Shown: positions 22,519 through 32,020, counted from the stretch's first letter. The stretch is 34,175 nt of DNA from Clostridiales bacterium (GCA_003517845.1 DOZU01000239.1:1-34175), one strand, 5' to 3'. The notes: generated from the sequence alone by a model not told the origin. Made by a program: numbers and translations.

Positions 22519-23257
22519 ACTTTCTTTGCGTAAAAGCACGGGCACGCCGGCGCGCGGCACGGTCGATGTCCAGCACGACGGAGCCCAAGGCCCGGGGATC
22601 CGCGACGGGACGGGCGCTCGACAGGAGAGTCGGGACGAGATCGGCGGGGTCCCAGACGACGGCGGCACCTTCGAAGGCTGCGGGCATGTCAGGACCGGGA
22701 TCGGAATCGACGAAGGCCACGGCCGGCTGCACCCATACGAAGTGCCGGCGCCGGCGAAGCTCGTTGCCGAGAGCGGCGGCCGCCGCGACCGCCTGACGGA
22801 CGGGATCGCGCATGGGGATAGCCGAGCCGGACAGCCAGCGGTACCAGCCGCCGGGGCCGCAGGCTATCTCGCCCCGCCAGCATTTGGTCTCGATGGCCCA
22901 TATGCCGGAAGGGCCGGCGATGACGTGGTCGATCTGGCGGGGACAGCCGCCGGATGAAGCCGGCACACGCACGTCGTGCAGCACGTACCAGCCGGCGGGA
23001 AGCCCGCGGCCGAGCGTGCGGGCAATGACGGCCTCGCCAAACCGGCCGGCACCCAGGATGCGGGCGCGCTCGCCGGCAAGCATGCAGGCCCAGGGGATGG
23101 CAACCAGAACGGCAAGCCACAGGAGCCAGTTCCGGAAAAGCACGTCGAGGCGCACGAACATCCACCAAGTGAAGACCAAAGGCAGGACAAACTGAAGGAA
23201 CTGCAAAGCCCAGATGCCCGGCCACAGGCGACGCCGGGGCTTGAGGATTTTGGCCAT
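22502..23257 (-). CDS. Membrane-anchored NERD (nuclease-related domain) protein
   Basis: Corresponds to the last 251 codons of ORF 22502..24319, from ATG 23257. Two N-terminal hydrophobic helices, then AGRFGEAVIARTLGRGLPAGWYVLHDVRVP...RQIDHVIAGPSGIWAIETKCWRGEI, the NERD signature. Confidence 0.8.
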   Translation of the reverse strand: MAKILKPRRRLWPGIWALQFLQFVLPLVFTWWMFVRLDVLFRNWLLWLAVLVAIPWACMLAGERARILGAGRFGEAVIARTLGRGLPAGWYVLHDVRVPASSGGCPRQIDHVIAGPSGIWAIETKCWRGEIACGPGGWYRWLSGSAIPMRDPVRQAVAAAAALGNELRRRRHFVWVQPAVAFVDSDPGPDMPAAFEGAAVVWDPADLVPTLLSSARPVADPRALGSVVLDIDRAARRRARAFTQRKCEAGV

Positions 23258-23307
23258 GCGATACCACGCTCTTTTCGAGGGGCCAAACAGCAGGCTGCCA
23301 GCGGCCG

Positions 23308-24183
23308 TCATAGAACGAATATGGCCAGCAGCCCGCAGAGGTTGAAGACAGCGTGCGCCACGACGGGCGCGTGAAGCTGGCCGGCACGCTCGTAAACGAG
23401 GGCGAACAGGACGCCGGCCAACAGAAAACGGGGCAGATGCAAGGGCGCGGGCAGGTGCAGTACGGCGAAAATCAAGGCGGACCACAGCACGGCGCGACGG
23501 CGAGCGGCAGCCGGAGGAAGGCCGCGATGCAAGCTTTGCCGCTGGAACTTCCCGAGGAAGCACTCGTAGAAACCGCGACGGAACGCAAGTTCTTCCCAGA
23601 GGGGGGCGCCGACGCAGACTACGACAAACAAAAGCGCGTGCTCGACGGTGGACAGGCCGCCGGCAAAGAGGTCCCGGACAAGGCGGGCCGCAAAGAGCGG
23701 CGCCGCAAGGAACGACGCGACGCCACCCGGCAGGAGGGAGAGCAGCCAAGAGACGGCCGCGAGCAACAGCGCGTTCACCAGGACGAAAGCGCCTATGCCC
23801 CAGAGGACGCCGAGCCAGACGGAGCGGGCAACCGAGACCCGAGGGGTCAGGACGGCTGGGATGGACGCCGCGAAGGATTCGGCCCAGAAATACAAGGGCA
23901 CGTTCATCGCGGCAAAGCCGCCCAGCCAGAAAAGGGGCGGCAGGACGGACAGGTCGCCGGCCAGGACGACACGGACGAGCGGGCCGAAGCCGCCGGACCG
24001 GACGGCAGCCACGGCCAAACCGGGCAGGGCGCCGAGGATCGCGACGAGGACCGTCCAGAACTGGATGCGCCACGCGACGCGGCGGTGGGCCCGAGGCTCG
24101 GGAAGACCGGTCGCGGCCGAAACGGGAACCTGAAACAGACGGCGCCAGAAACGGACGGAGGCAAAGGCAAATCCATGGGACAC
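23308..24183 (-). CDS. CPBP-family (CAAX/Abi-type) intramembrane glutamic protease
   Basis: Polytopic protein with the three CPBP motifs WEELAFRRG (EExxxR), FAVLH (FxxxH) and HAVFN (HxxxN). GTG 24183 lies 9 nt behind AGGAG; an alternative TTG lies at 24192. Confidence 0.85.
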   Translation of the reverse strand: MSHGFAFASVRFWRRLFQVPVSAATGLPEPRAHRRVAWRIQFWTVLVAILGALPGLAVAAVRSGGFGPLVRVVLAGDLSVLPPLFWLGGFAAMNVPLYFWAESFAASIPAVLTPRVSVARSVWLGVLWGIGAFVLVNALLLAAVSWLLSLLPGGVASFLAAPLFAARLVRDLFAGGLSTVEHALLFVVVCVGAPLWEELAFRRGFYECFLGKFQRQSLHRGLPPAAARRRAVLWSALIFAVLHLPAPLHLPRFLLAGVLFALVYERAGQLHAPVVAHAVFNLCGLLAIFVL

Positions 24184-24335
24184 GAGGATCAACTCCTACT
24201 TGCCTTGCGAACACTCGCGGGCGCCGGGACGAGGCGCCGCGACAAAAAGGCGGGACGGGAACGGACACGTGATTAAGGATAGGGAACCGGACAGGCGCTG
24301 ACCGATCAACAACCGCCATCAGTTGCCGGGAACTG

Positions 24336-24344
24336 TGGTATTAT
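24336..24344 (+). promoter_or_regulatory. Possible extended -10 promoter element for the plus-strand R-M cassette
   Basis: TGgTATTAT (TGnTATAAT-like) in the A/T-richer divergent spacer, ~200 nt upstream of ATG 24549. No good -35 element. Confidence 0.3.
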
Positions 24345-24548
24345 GGTGATGATGCTAGCGTCGAAGCTCATAGTAAACAGAACATGTCCGTTGGGGCGTA
24401 ATGTTGCCGCATGCGGCGAGGGCGTCCGCACCCAACACGCAGCCGGGCGTGCCCGAAGCAACTGTGCGAATTCAGCCGCCGCAGAACGTCATGTAATTGG
24501 GTACAGATCGCTCCCGACACGGTTCTCCCGGCAAGCCGAGGGTTGCCC

Positions 24549-26804
24549 ATGCGCGTGAGGCCACGGACTTCCGCTTCAGTGCGCTCACGGGGTTTCGCTG
24601 GTGTCGAGACGCCTCAGCTTGCGCTATCGTACCCCACACCAGAGATAATCCCCCTCGCCATTTCGCCCGGTCTCCGTGCCATTGAAAACGGCGCCTTTCC
24701 TTTTGAGACTCTGAGCAATATTGCCGAGATTGAAAGCTGGCGCAAGGAGATCAACCGGCCGCTGTACCATATCCATAAGTGGTGGGCGCAGCGTCTCGGA
24801 ACGGTATTCCGGGCAATGGTCATCGGCGCGTTTGCGCCAAAGGACGCCGATATCCTCGATCTGTTTTATGGGCCTGTGCGCATAAGCGATGCCGTCGTGT
24901 TCGATCCTTTCATGGGCAGCGGCACGACTGTCGGCGAGGCGCTCAAACTGGGTGCACGAGTCGTCGGGCGAGACATCAACCCGGTTGCCCACTTCCTCGT
25001 TAAAAACGCCTTGTCCATTCACGACCGTGTGGCCATCCTCTCGACTTTCCGCGCGATCGAAAGTGACGTTGCCGATCAGTTACGCCAGGTTTACCGAACA
25101 GTTCTTCGCGACGGTACCGAAGCCAATGTTCTCTATTTCTTCTGGGTGATGACCGCCAACTGTCCGGCCTGCGCCACGGCAGTGGATCTGTTTCCGTCTT
25201 ACATCTTCGCGCGGCACGCCTACCCCAAGAGATATCCCGAGGCGCACGCTGTCTGTCCGGAGTGCGGGGACGTCAACCGAGTTCGCAACGATGCCTGCGC
25301 GGCGACTTGCCACACGTGCCAGAGGGTTTTCGATCCGCACGCTGGCCCAGCTAACGGGCAAAAGGCGACATGTCCCTGGTGCGCGCATAGCTTTCTGATC
25401 GCAAAAACGATTCGAGGAACCGGCCGGCCGCCGAATCACCGGCTGTATGCCAAGCTGGTTCTCACACGCGAGGGCACGAAAATCTACCTGCCCGCAACGG
25501 ACGAGGATCGAGCGCTCTACCAAGAGGCGGAAGAAGCTCTAAAACAGCGCAAGAACGCCTACCCACTCGTTCCAATCGAGCCTGGCTATAACACCAACCA
25601 GGTACTTGGCTATAATTACCGCCATTGGCATGAAATGTTCAACTCGCGGCAGTTGTTGTGCCTGTCGATAACCAGCGACCGCATCAGGCAGGTGCCGGAC
25701 CCGATACTGCGAGACCTTTTCACGTGTCTGCTGTCCGGCACGCTTGAGTTCAACAACATGTTTGCTTCCTACAAGGGCGAGGGTAGCGGCGCGGTCCGAC
25801 ATATGTTTGCCCACCACATTCTCAAGCCCGAGCGCGTTCCGCTGGAAGCCAATTTTTGGGGTACACCCAAGAGTTCGGGCTCTTTCTCGACTATGTTCGA
25901 GGGGCGGATCCGGCGGGCGCTCGACTATGCTGACGCTCCGTTTGAGATTCATCCTGCTAGCAGGAATGGAAAGAAAACCAGTAGGAAATTAACCGGGCTT
26001 TCTGAGAAGATCGGTTTCGAGATTGCGGCTAGCTTCTCTGCCTTCACCGCGGGCAAGCGTGTCTATCTCTCTTGCGGGGACTCCAGCGCGACCGACCTGC
26101 CGGACCGGTCCGTCGACGCCGTTTTGACCGATCCGCCTTTCTTCGACAACGTCCATTACTCCCAACTCGCCGATTTCTTCCACGTGTGGCAGCGCCACGT
26201 CCTTGACCCTGACGGGCAGCGGTTAGCTTGCACCACCCGTTCCAGCGATGAGGTTCAGAACTGCGAAGTGGATGTATTTACGGCGCGGCTTGGCGCTGTG
26301 TGGACCGAAACTCATCGGGTACTGAAGGACGACGGCATTTTAGCCTTCACCTACCACCATTCGCGGCCGGAGGGTTGGCGGTCTGTCCTGCAAGCCTTGA
26401 TGGGGGCCGGATTTGGGATTACCGCTGTTCATCCCATCAAGTCCGAAATGTCTGTCGCAATGCCCAAGCATCAGGCTAAGGAGCCGATCGACCTTGATGT
26501 AATCATCGTCTGCCGCAAGCGCACTCAACTCCAACCATACCACTGCAACGAGGATTTGTGGGAGACGGCAACGCCTCTAGCCGTTGAACAGGTGCGCAGG
26601 TTCCGCGATTCCGGCCGGAGGCTCAGCCGGAACGATGTGCGCGTCATCGTGATGGCCCAACTGCTACGACAGCTTTCGACTTCGCACGCGGTGGAGATTG
26701 CCCTCCGCCTGCTTGATACCACAAAAGGCGAGACCGAGGCTATTATCGAGAAACTGTACACATCAGGAAAGAATCCGAGCGTGAACAAGAAGGGTGTGGG
26801 TTAA
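24549..26804 (+). CDS. Adenine-specific DNA methyltransferase with N-terminal DUF1156-like region and internal Zn-ribbon (COG1743 type)
   Basis: Lies within ORF 24411..26804. Start placed at ATG 24549. PLYHIHKWWAQRLGTVFRAMVI (DUF1156-type). Motif I DPFMGSGTTVGEALKLGARVVGRDINP. Cys pairs CPACA...CPECG...CHTCQ...CPWC. Catalytic VLTDPPFFDN. Confidence 0.9.
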   Translation: MRVRPRTSASVRSRGFAGVETPQLALSYPTPEIIPLAISPGLRAIENGAFPFETLSNIAEIESWRKEINRPLYHIHKWWAQRLGTVFRAMVIGAFAPKDADILDLFYGPVRISDAVVFDPFMGSGTTVGEALKLGARVVGRDINPVAHFLVKNALSIHDRVAILSTFRAIESDVADQLRQVYRTVLRDGTEANVLYFFWVMTANCPACATAVDLFPSYIFARHAYPKRYPEAHAVCPECGDVNRVRNDACAATCHTCQRVFDPHAGPANGQKATCPWCAHSFLIAKTIRGTGRPPNHRLYAKLVLTREGTKIYLPATDEDRALYQEAEEALKQRKNAYPLVPIEPGYNTNQVLGYNYRHWHEMFNSRQLLCLSITSDRIRQVPDPILRDLFTCLLSGTLEFNNMFASYKGEGSGAVRHMFAHHILKPERVPLEANFWGTPKSSGSFSTMFEGRIRRALDYADAPFEIHPASRNGKKTSRKLTGLSEKIGFEIAASFSAFTAGKRVYLSCGDSSATDLPDRSVDAVLTDPPFFDNVHYSQLADFFHVWQRHVLDPDGQRLACTTRSSDEVQNCEVDVFTARLGAVWTETHRVLKDDGILAFTYHHSRPEGWRSVLQALMGAGFGITAVHPIKSEMSVAMPKHQAKEPIDLDVIIVCRKRTQLQPYHCNEDLWETATPLAVEQVRRFRDSGRRLSRNDVRVIVMAQLLRQLSTSHAVEIALRLLDTTKGETEAIIEKLYTSGKNPSVNKKGVG

Positions 26805-26806
26805 TC

Positions 26807-27601
26807 TTGTCTAACGCTCTGGCCATCTTCAAGCTCTGCGTTCAAGCCATCCGCGACGGCGAGCTTATCGAACGCGAAGGGCGTACCGACAAGGAGTTCC
26901 ATTTCCAGAGTTGGTTCAGGAAACGCCTTGAAACGTTGGGGCTGCACTTCGATTTGCCTGGCCGGAATTCTTACCCGGACTTCCGCCTTGTCCGTTTTCC
27001 CGAGGGGTATGAACTCAAGGGACTGGCGTATCCGGGCCGTGAAGCCGACTACGACTGCAATAGCCAGGTTCCGTGCGGCGAACATAACGGGCGGCAGATC
27101 TATTACGTTTTTGGTCGCTACCCCAATGACCCTGACGGCAACCGCTACCCAGTACTCGACCTTGTGCTGTGCCACGGCAGTTTCCTGAATGCCGACAACA
27201 CCTACGTTCACAAGAACAAGAGCTTCCGCGGATTTGGCACCTACGGCGATATACTTGTACGCGACCGGAAGATGTACGTTGCGCCGACCCCATTTGCATT
27301 GGCCCAAGGGACAGCCCATCGGCGCACGCTCATTCTCCCGGCCGATCACCCTGCCAATGATGAATATGTCGAAGTCGGCACATTGACCCGGCGGGAGATC
27401 GATTGGGTGGTGGTCGCCTATGACTTCGATCTTCGCACGAATGAGATTGCGACAACGCACGTTCCGAACCCGAACGGCGGACGGGAGCACGTCTTCGCGG
27501 CCTATCGTGTGCAAGGAGACCCGATGGACCCTGTTTCTCTTCGCGAACGCGAGCAATCTCCCACAATTCCTGCTGGGAACGGCGAGGACGACCAAGACTA
27601 A
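26807..27601 (+). CDS. Putative type II restriction endonuclease (PD-ExK) partnered with the COG1743 methylase
   Basis: TTG 26807 lies 3 nt after the methylase stop. YPDFRLVRFPEGYELKG fits PD...E-x-K. Same lower-G+C codon style as the methylase. Confidence 0.6.
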   Translation: MSNALAIFKLCVQAIRDGELIEREGRTDKEFHFQSWFRKRLETLGLHFDLPGRNSYPDFRLVRFPEGYELKGLAYPGREADYDCNSQVPCGEHNGRQIYYVFGRYPNDPDGNRYPVLDLVLCHGSFLNADNTYVHKNKSFRGFGTYGDILVRDRKMYVAPTPFALAQGTAHRRTLILPADHPANDEYVEVGTLTRREIDWVVVAYDFDLRTNEIATTHVPNPNGGREHVFAAYRVQGDPMDPVSLREREQSPTIPAGNGEDDQD

Positions 27602-27703
27602 TTTCGCCTGAAGGGAGTTTGATTACTGGAAGACGCGGAGGCGCCACGCGGCGGCCGGGGCCGACACGGGGCGCCTCGTCACGTTCGTGGGGAACGCGCG
27701 CTG

Positions 27704-28084
27704 CTACTCGGAACGGCGCAAGGCGTGGCGCGCGTGAGCCGCGCACGGGGCGCAGAAGGCGAATCCCGAGATGTACTCAGGGCTGCCGTTACACCACCAG
27801 CAGCTACACAAGGCGCACCGCCTGGCGTCCAGCAGATCGTCGCAGCTTGGACAGATGGCGCGGTCGTCCCGAACTTTGACGGGCGGCGCGAGGACGAAGT
27901 GCTCCTCGCACGAGGGGCAGACAAACTCACCGCGCTCTTTGGCCCGGTTCAGGAGGTCCGCCAACACATCAACGTCCGGGTTCTCGTCGGCCACTGTCCG
28001 GAGGAACCCGGGCGAGACGCCGTGGACGAGCGCGTCCTTGAGCGTGTAGCCGCTTGCCTTGACTAACTTCGCTGCGATCTCCAT
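27704..28084 (-). CDS. Cys-rich zinc-ribbon protein (126 aa)
   Basis: Lies within ORF 27704..28537. Start moved to ATG 28084 behind AAGGGGG. Cys motifs CPSCEE...CPSCDD...CALCSCWWC...CAPC. Confidence 0.6.
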   Translation of the reverse strand: MEIAAKLVKASGYTLKDALVHGVSPGFLRTVADENPDVDVLADLLNRAKERGEFVCPSCEEHFVLAPPVKVRDDRAICPSCDDLLDARRCALCSCWWCNGSPEYISGFAFCAPCAAHARHALRRSE

Positions 28085-28410
28085 AAACGCCCCCTTTCCA
28101 CCTTCACCGCCGGGACGAGCCGCGGCGGAACAACAGATCCTACCCCGGCAACGGACCGGCGCTGGCTCGGCGGCCTTTGGACCGCCTTCTTCGAGGCGAA
28201 ACGCGAGAAGGCGGACGCAGACATTAAGAGGAGTGCGCCGCATGAGCACCCACTCTCCCTCACAGGACGGGCCCGCTCGGTAAATCCGTCCTCCCTGCAA
28301 CGCTCTACCGCTTTCCGGGGCCGGTGCTCCCGGCTCCGACAAGAACGCGCGCACGGCAACGTGGAGGAACCGCGCGCCGGGGTGCTGCCAGCAGAAAAAA
28401 GCAGGCACGG

Positions 28411-28845
28411 CTACTCGACGGGAAGGGCCAGAGACTGCGCGACTACCGGGTGCTCGGGGCCGCGCATGAGCAGCTCGACGGCGGCCGGCCGAGAGAAGCC
28501 TCTTGCGCGAAGCGACCAGTAAGAGGCTTCGACCCAATCAGGGATGTACGGGCGCTCGACCAACCGGCACCGCTCATAGGCGTAAGGCGCCGGGTGGGCA
28601 AGGCCAGCCAGGCGGCAGACCCTCAAGAGATGAAGGTCGTCCGGGCAGGGCACGAGACGGCGCTCGCTCACGTAGCGCTGCCAGTCGGCCAGAACCTGCA
28701 ACGCACGCTGGCGAGCACGGCCGCGGTGGGCGCGCAGCGTCCAGCACCTGCGAAAGAGCCGGCCGCAATCCCGGCACCGGAACTGGTCGCCCACACGACG
28801 GCCGCAGGCACTCCGGGGGACGCAATCGCGACATCGGCGCGGCAT
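28411..28845 (-). CDS. Hypothetical protein with N-terminal zinc-ribbon (144 aa)
   Basis: ATG 28845 lies 7 nt behind GAGGTG. Product MPRRCRDCVPRSACGRRVGDQFRCRDCGRLF... The C-terminal half has ordinary composition (YIPDWVEASYWSLRARGF). Confidence 0.55.
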   Translation of the reverse strand: MPRRCRDCVPRSACGRRVGDQFRCRDCGRLFRRCWTLRAHRGRARQRALQVLADWQRYVSERRLVPCPDDLHLLRVCRLAGLAHPAPYAYERCRLVERPYIPDWVEASYWSLRARGFSRPAAVELLMRGPEHPVVAQSLALPVE

Positions 28846-28866
28846 TGCCCGCCACCTCGTTTCCGG

Positions 28867-30009
28867 CTAGAGCGGCTCATCAAACCAATCGGAGGGGAAG
28901 TCGCCCGGCAGCCGCAGATCAAGCTCGCCGGAACGCAGGTCGCAGACGAAGGGGTGCGCGGGCACGAGCCAGGAGATACGCTGCCAGCCGCGCGAGCTGG
29001 CGAGGTCGGCGACGCGGGCCATAACCGGCTCGATGTCGGTCTCGTACCAGTTGAACCAGAAAAGGATCCGCGCTACAGGACGGCCGTCCACCAAGACAAT
29101 GCCGGCCATGCAGTCGGCTCCGAGGCACCAGGGCACGGCGCTGAGCCGCTGCGCCCCGAAGACGACGCTTTCGGGGGGAACAGACGCCAAAACGCCGGGA
29201 ACATCCTCGAGGAACTCGAAGAAGAAGTCGGGCATGGGCCGCAGGAGTCCGCGGAGGCTGTCCCCTTCCCAGGATGCGGGGTCGGCCGGATCGCGGCCCC
29301 GACGCTGAAGGCCGGCACGGATGTGCCAGAGGCTGCCGGACATCGGCCGAACGGGGATGCCGCGATGGGAGTACCACCAAAGGGCGGTGCGCAGCCGGCG
29401 CAGGTAACGCGCGTATTCAAGGCCCCGGCGGGACGGAGGGACCGACTGCCAGGGGTCGCAATCGAAGAGCTGATTGAAGGTCCAAAAAGGCAGGACGGGC
29501 CGGCGCCGCCTGCCGGGAGGGCGCGGCGCGTCGAGAGCGCGTATTATGGCGAGGTCCGGCCAGGGGCACCGCCACAGCTCGGCTGAAGGCGGGTCGGGCT
29601 CGGGAACGGAGTCCGGACGGTCTTCCCCGCCCCATACCTGGCGCCAGAACGGCGCGCGCAGTACGGAGTGAGGGGCGCAGGCCACGAGTACGTGACGGCC
29701 GGCCGCGTGCGTCTGAAGTATGCGGGGGAGCACGGGCTCGGTGGTTCGAGGAAAGACGCGCCAGTTCAAGGAGGCCAGATCTTGAACGTCCTTCAAGGGA
29801 ACGAACGGAGGCAGGCGCAATTCGACCAGCCGAGGGGCGGCGCGGCCGCCACCGGATACGATGACGGCCTCCGCCGCCGCAAGACGGCCGTTGAGCAGAC
29901 ACAAGGCAAGACGCACGGTGTCAATCTTGGGCGGAGGCGCACCTGCGGACACAGGGAAGAAACGCAGAACCCAGCCACCGGAACGCCGAAGGACTTGCGC
30001 GGTGTCCAC
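28867..30009 (-). CDS. Hypothetical Trp-rich protein (380 aa) downstream of the coupling ATPase
   Basis: Lies within ORF 28867..30219. Start placed at GTG 30009, 10 nt behind GGGGGAGG, because earlier starts would overlap the T4CP gene by >100 nt. No relaxase or other motif recognised. Confidence 0.55.
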   Translation of the reverse strand: MDTAQVLRRSGGWVLRFFPVSAGAPPPKIDTVRLALCLLNGRLAAAEAVIVSGGGRAAPRLVELRLPPFVPLKDVQDLASLNWRVFPRTTEPVLPRILQTHAAGRHVLVACAPHSVLRAPFWRQVWGGEDRPDSVPEPDPPSAELWRCPWPDLAIIRALDAPRPPGRRRRPVLPFWTFNQLFDCDPWQSVPPSRRGLEYARYLRRLRTALWWYSHRGIPVRPMSGSLWHIRAGLQRRGRDPADPASWEGDSLRGLLRPMPDFFFEFLEDVPGVLASVPPESVVFGAQRLSAVPWCLGADCMAGIVLVDGRPVARILFWFNWYETDIEPVMARVADLASSRGWQRISWLVPAHPFVCDLRSGELDLRLPGDFPSDWFDEPL

Positions 30010-30046
30010 GGCCGCCGAGCCTCCCCCGAGAAAGCGGAGAACGGGA

Positions 30047-32020
30047 TCACGAACGCGAGCGCCGGCCGCCAGAACGCCTGCCGGCGGGCGGCGAGGCGGC
30101 GGGCGGCGGGACGAGCGCCCAGTCGGAGCCGTCCATGGGAGCAGGCACCGAGGGAGGCGGCGGGAACTGCACGTCGAGGTCGGGTGCTCCGGACGAGGAG
30201 CCGGGGCCGACGACTTCAAGCCGGCCGGGCAGCGGACGAAGGCGGCGCGGGGCCCGGCGGCGCAGGTCCCACTCGCATAGGCGCAGATCGCAGATCTCGG
30301 GAGGCTGCGGAAAACCGGCGCGCACCACGCGCACGACGGCCTGGAACTGAGGGAGTTCCATGAGGGTGGTGTAAGGGAATCGTTCTTCGAGACGCTCGGA
30401 GGTCTGGACCCGGTCGCGCACCCACATGCCGCCGGGGAAACCTCGCTCGTAGCTATAGGTCGGCTCGGCGCGGCGCACCTGGTGCTCGGCGAACTCGCGG
30501 GCGAACAGCTCGGCGTCCTCGGCGGATCCGAGGGTCAGGGCAATCTTGTTACGGCAGCATTCGAGTACGCTCTGGCGGAAGGCGCGGCTGTCGTCCGGCA
30601 GGAGCTGGGCAGTGGTCTGCACTGCCAGAACCACGGCGCAGCGGTAGCTGCGGCCAAGCGCGAGCAGCCGTTCGATGTCGGGGTTGAGATAACGCGGGAA
30701 TTCGTCGATGTAAAGGGCGTGGGCCGGCCGGCTGGTCTGGGTGCCGGGCCGGCGGAAAACGGCGTTTTGAAAATGCATCATGACGAACTGGCCGAAGACG
30801 TCGCCGAGCTTACCGAGACGGCCCATGGCGGTGTTGATCACGAGTACGCCGCCGTCGGCGAGGTGACGGTCCAGATCGACATCGGAACGGCCCAGCAGCA
30901 CGCGGCTGAGAAGGGCGTTGCCGGCGATGTCCTCAAGCTGCTGCCGCAGGCCGAGGGCGAACTGGTACATCTTGTCGCGAAGCTCGCCGAGCACTTCCCG
31001 CTCGAAGTATTCGACGAGAGCGGTCTGGCCGTACCGGCGCTTGGCGACGGGCAGCAGGTCGTGCTCTAGATAAGAGAGGTCCCGCAACGCGCGAATCATG
31101 TGCGCCAAGGTGACTTCGTCGCCCAGGACTTGCTTGAGCAGCAAGGTGGTGTTACGACAGGCGATCTCTTGCACCTGGCGGAAAAAAGCTTCCTGCCGGC
31201 CGAAGAGCGCGCGGAGCACGGTGCGCATGATCTCGGCGACGGTGTCGGGAGGGCCTTCGAGCGGGTTGAAGCGCGGGGTGGCCGGGTCTTCGGGGTTGAT
31301 ATAGACCACGGGTAGGCCCAAGGACCGAGCCATCGCGGCAACGTCCTCGGCAAGATCGCCTTTGGGCTCGATGACGGTAATGCCGGTACGGCGGCCGTCG
31401 CGCATTGCTTGAAGGTCCTGCCAGATCATGGGCTTGAGTACGCGGGTGGTCTTGCCGGTGCCGGTGGTGCCGACGACCATGGTGTGCAGATAGCGGTCTT
31501 CATGATGGATCGTGACCGGCGTGCGGCCGCGATAGGCGACGCAAACGTCCAGCGGCGAAGAGCGCACGGGCAGGGCCCTAGCGGGGCGGCCGGTGGGTCC
31601 GGACCGGGGCAACTGGGACCGCAAAGCATAGAAGGCCAAGGCGCCCAAGCACAGAAGGAGCAATGGGCCAAACTGAAGGGGCAGCAGCACGGACTGCCAG
31701 GCGTCGTGGCCGATGAGCCAGGCGCCTTGCGGGCCGGCGGAGTGATGCTCGGCAACGGACCAGGCCCAGCCGCGCACCCAGCGCGACCACCAGCCGGAGG
31801 CGGCCAGGAGCGATGCGGCCAAGCCGGGCCCGAGGAGCAGGCCGCGGCGGAGGGAGGCACCGGCGACGGCGGCCAACAAGCCGAGACCGCCGGCGACAAC
31901 GACCGGAAGGGGCATGGGGACGGGGACGGGCGCAGCCAAAACACCGCCCAGCCCCCCGGCAAACCAAACGGCGGAAACGGCCGCGGCAAGAAAGGAGATT
32001 GCTGCGCCAAAGATGGTCAA
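30047..32020 (-). CDS. Type IV secretion coupling protein (VirD4/TraD/TraG-like ATPase)
   Basis: TTG 32020 lies behind AGGAGG and overlaps the upstream stop (TTGA). N-terminal TM helices. Walker A MVVGTTGTGKTT. Walker B HALYIDEFP. Overall TraD/TraG-like layout with a Pro-rich tail. Confidence 0.8.
   Translation of the reverse strand: MTIFGAAISFLAAAVSAVWFAGGLGGVLAAPVPVPMPLPVVVAGGLGLLAAVAGASLRRGLLLGPGLAASLLAASGWWSRWVRGWAWSVAEHHSAGPQGAWLIGHDAWQSVLLPLQFGPLLLLCLGALAFYALRSQLPRSGPTGRPARALPVRSSPLDVCVAYRGRTPVTIHHEDRYLHTMVVGTTGTGKTTRVLKPMIWQDLQAMRDGRRTGITVIEPKGDLAEDVAAMARSLGLPVVYINPEDPATPRFNPLEGPPDTVAEIMRTVLRALFGRQEAFFRQVQEIACRNTTLLLKQVLGDEVTLAHMIRALRDLSYLEHDLLPVAKRRYGQTALVEYFEREVLGELRDKMYQFALGLRQQLEDIAGNALLSRVLLGRSDVDLDRHLADGGVLVINTAMGRLGKLGDVFGQFVMMHFQNAVFRRPGTQTSRPAHALYIDEFPRYLNPDIERLLALGRSYRCAVVLAVQTTAQLLPDDSRAFRQSVLECCRNKIALTLGSAEDAELFAREFAEHQVRRAEPTYSYERGFPGGMWVRDRVQTSERLEERFPYTTLMELPQFQAVVRVVRAGFPQPPEICDLRLCEWDLRRRAPRRLRPLPGRLEVVGPGSSSGAPDLDVQFPPPPSVPAPMDGSDWALVPPPAASPPAGRRSGGRRSRS

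Noticed and set aside
22502-24319. A 605-aa minus-strand ORF read as a single gene.
   Set aside because: Only its last 251 codons, from ATG 23257, carry the NERD signature. The upstream part is R/P/A-rich and overlaps, in another frame, the CPBP protease gene (23308..24183), which has all three catalytic motifs.
24343-24558. A 71-aa plus-strand ORF upstream of the COG1743 methylase, considered as a controller (C) protein.
   Set aside because: It starts inside the putative -10 element and has no SD. It shows no helix-turn-helix pattern, and its composition is poor.
28085-28537. An N-terminal extension of the Cys-rich gene: ORF 27704..28537, or ATG near 28240 behind GAGGGAG.
   Set aside because: The extension has mixed third-codon positions and low-complexity R/A/G/P composition. 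ATG 28084 has a properly spaced AAGGGGG SD.
29793-30050. A GTG at 30050 overlapping the T4CP stop (GTGA), as at other coupled junctions, opening an 85-aa ORF.
   Set aside because: The product (MIPFSAFSGEARRPWTPRKSFGVPVAGFCVSS...) looks non-protein-like and is out of frame with the long downstream ORF. A GTG at 30009 with a GGGGGAGG SD in the long frame is a better start.
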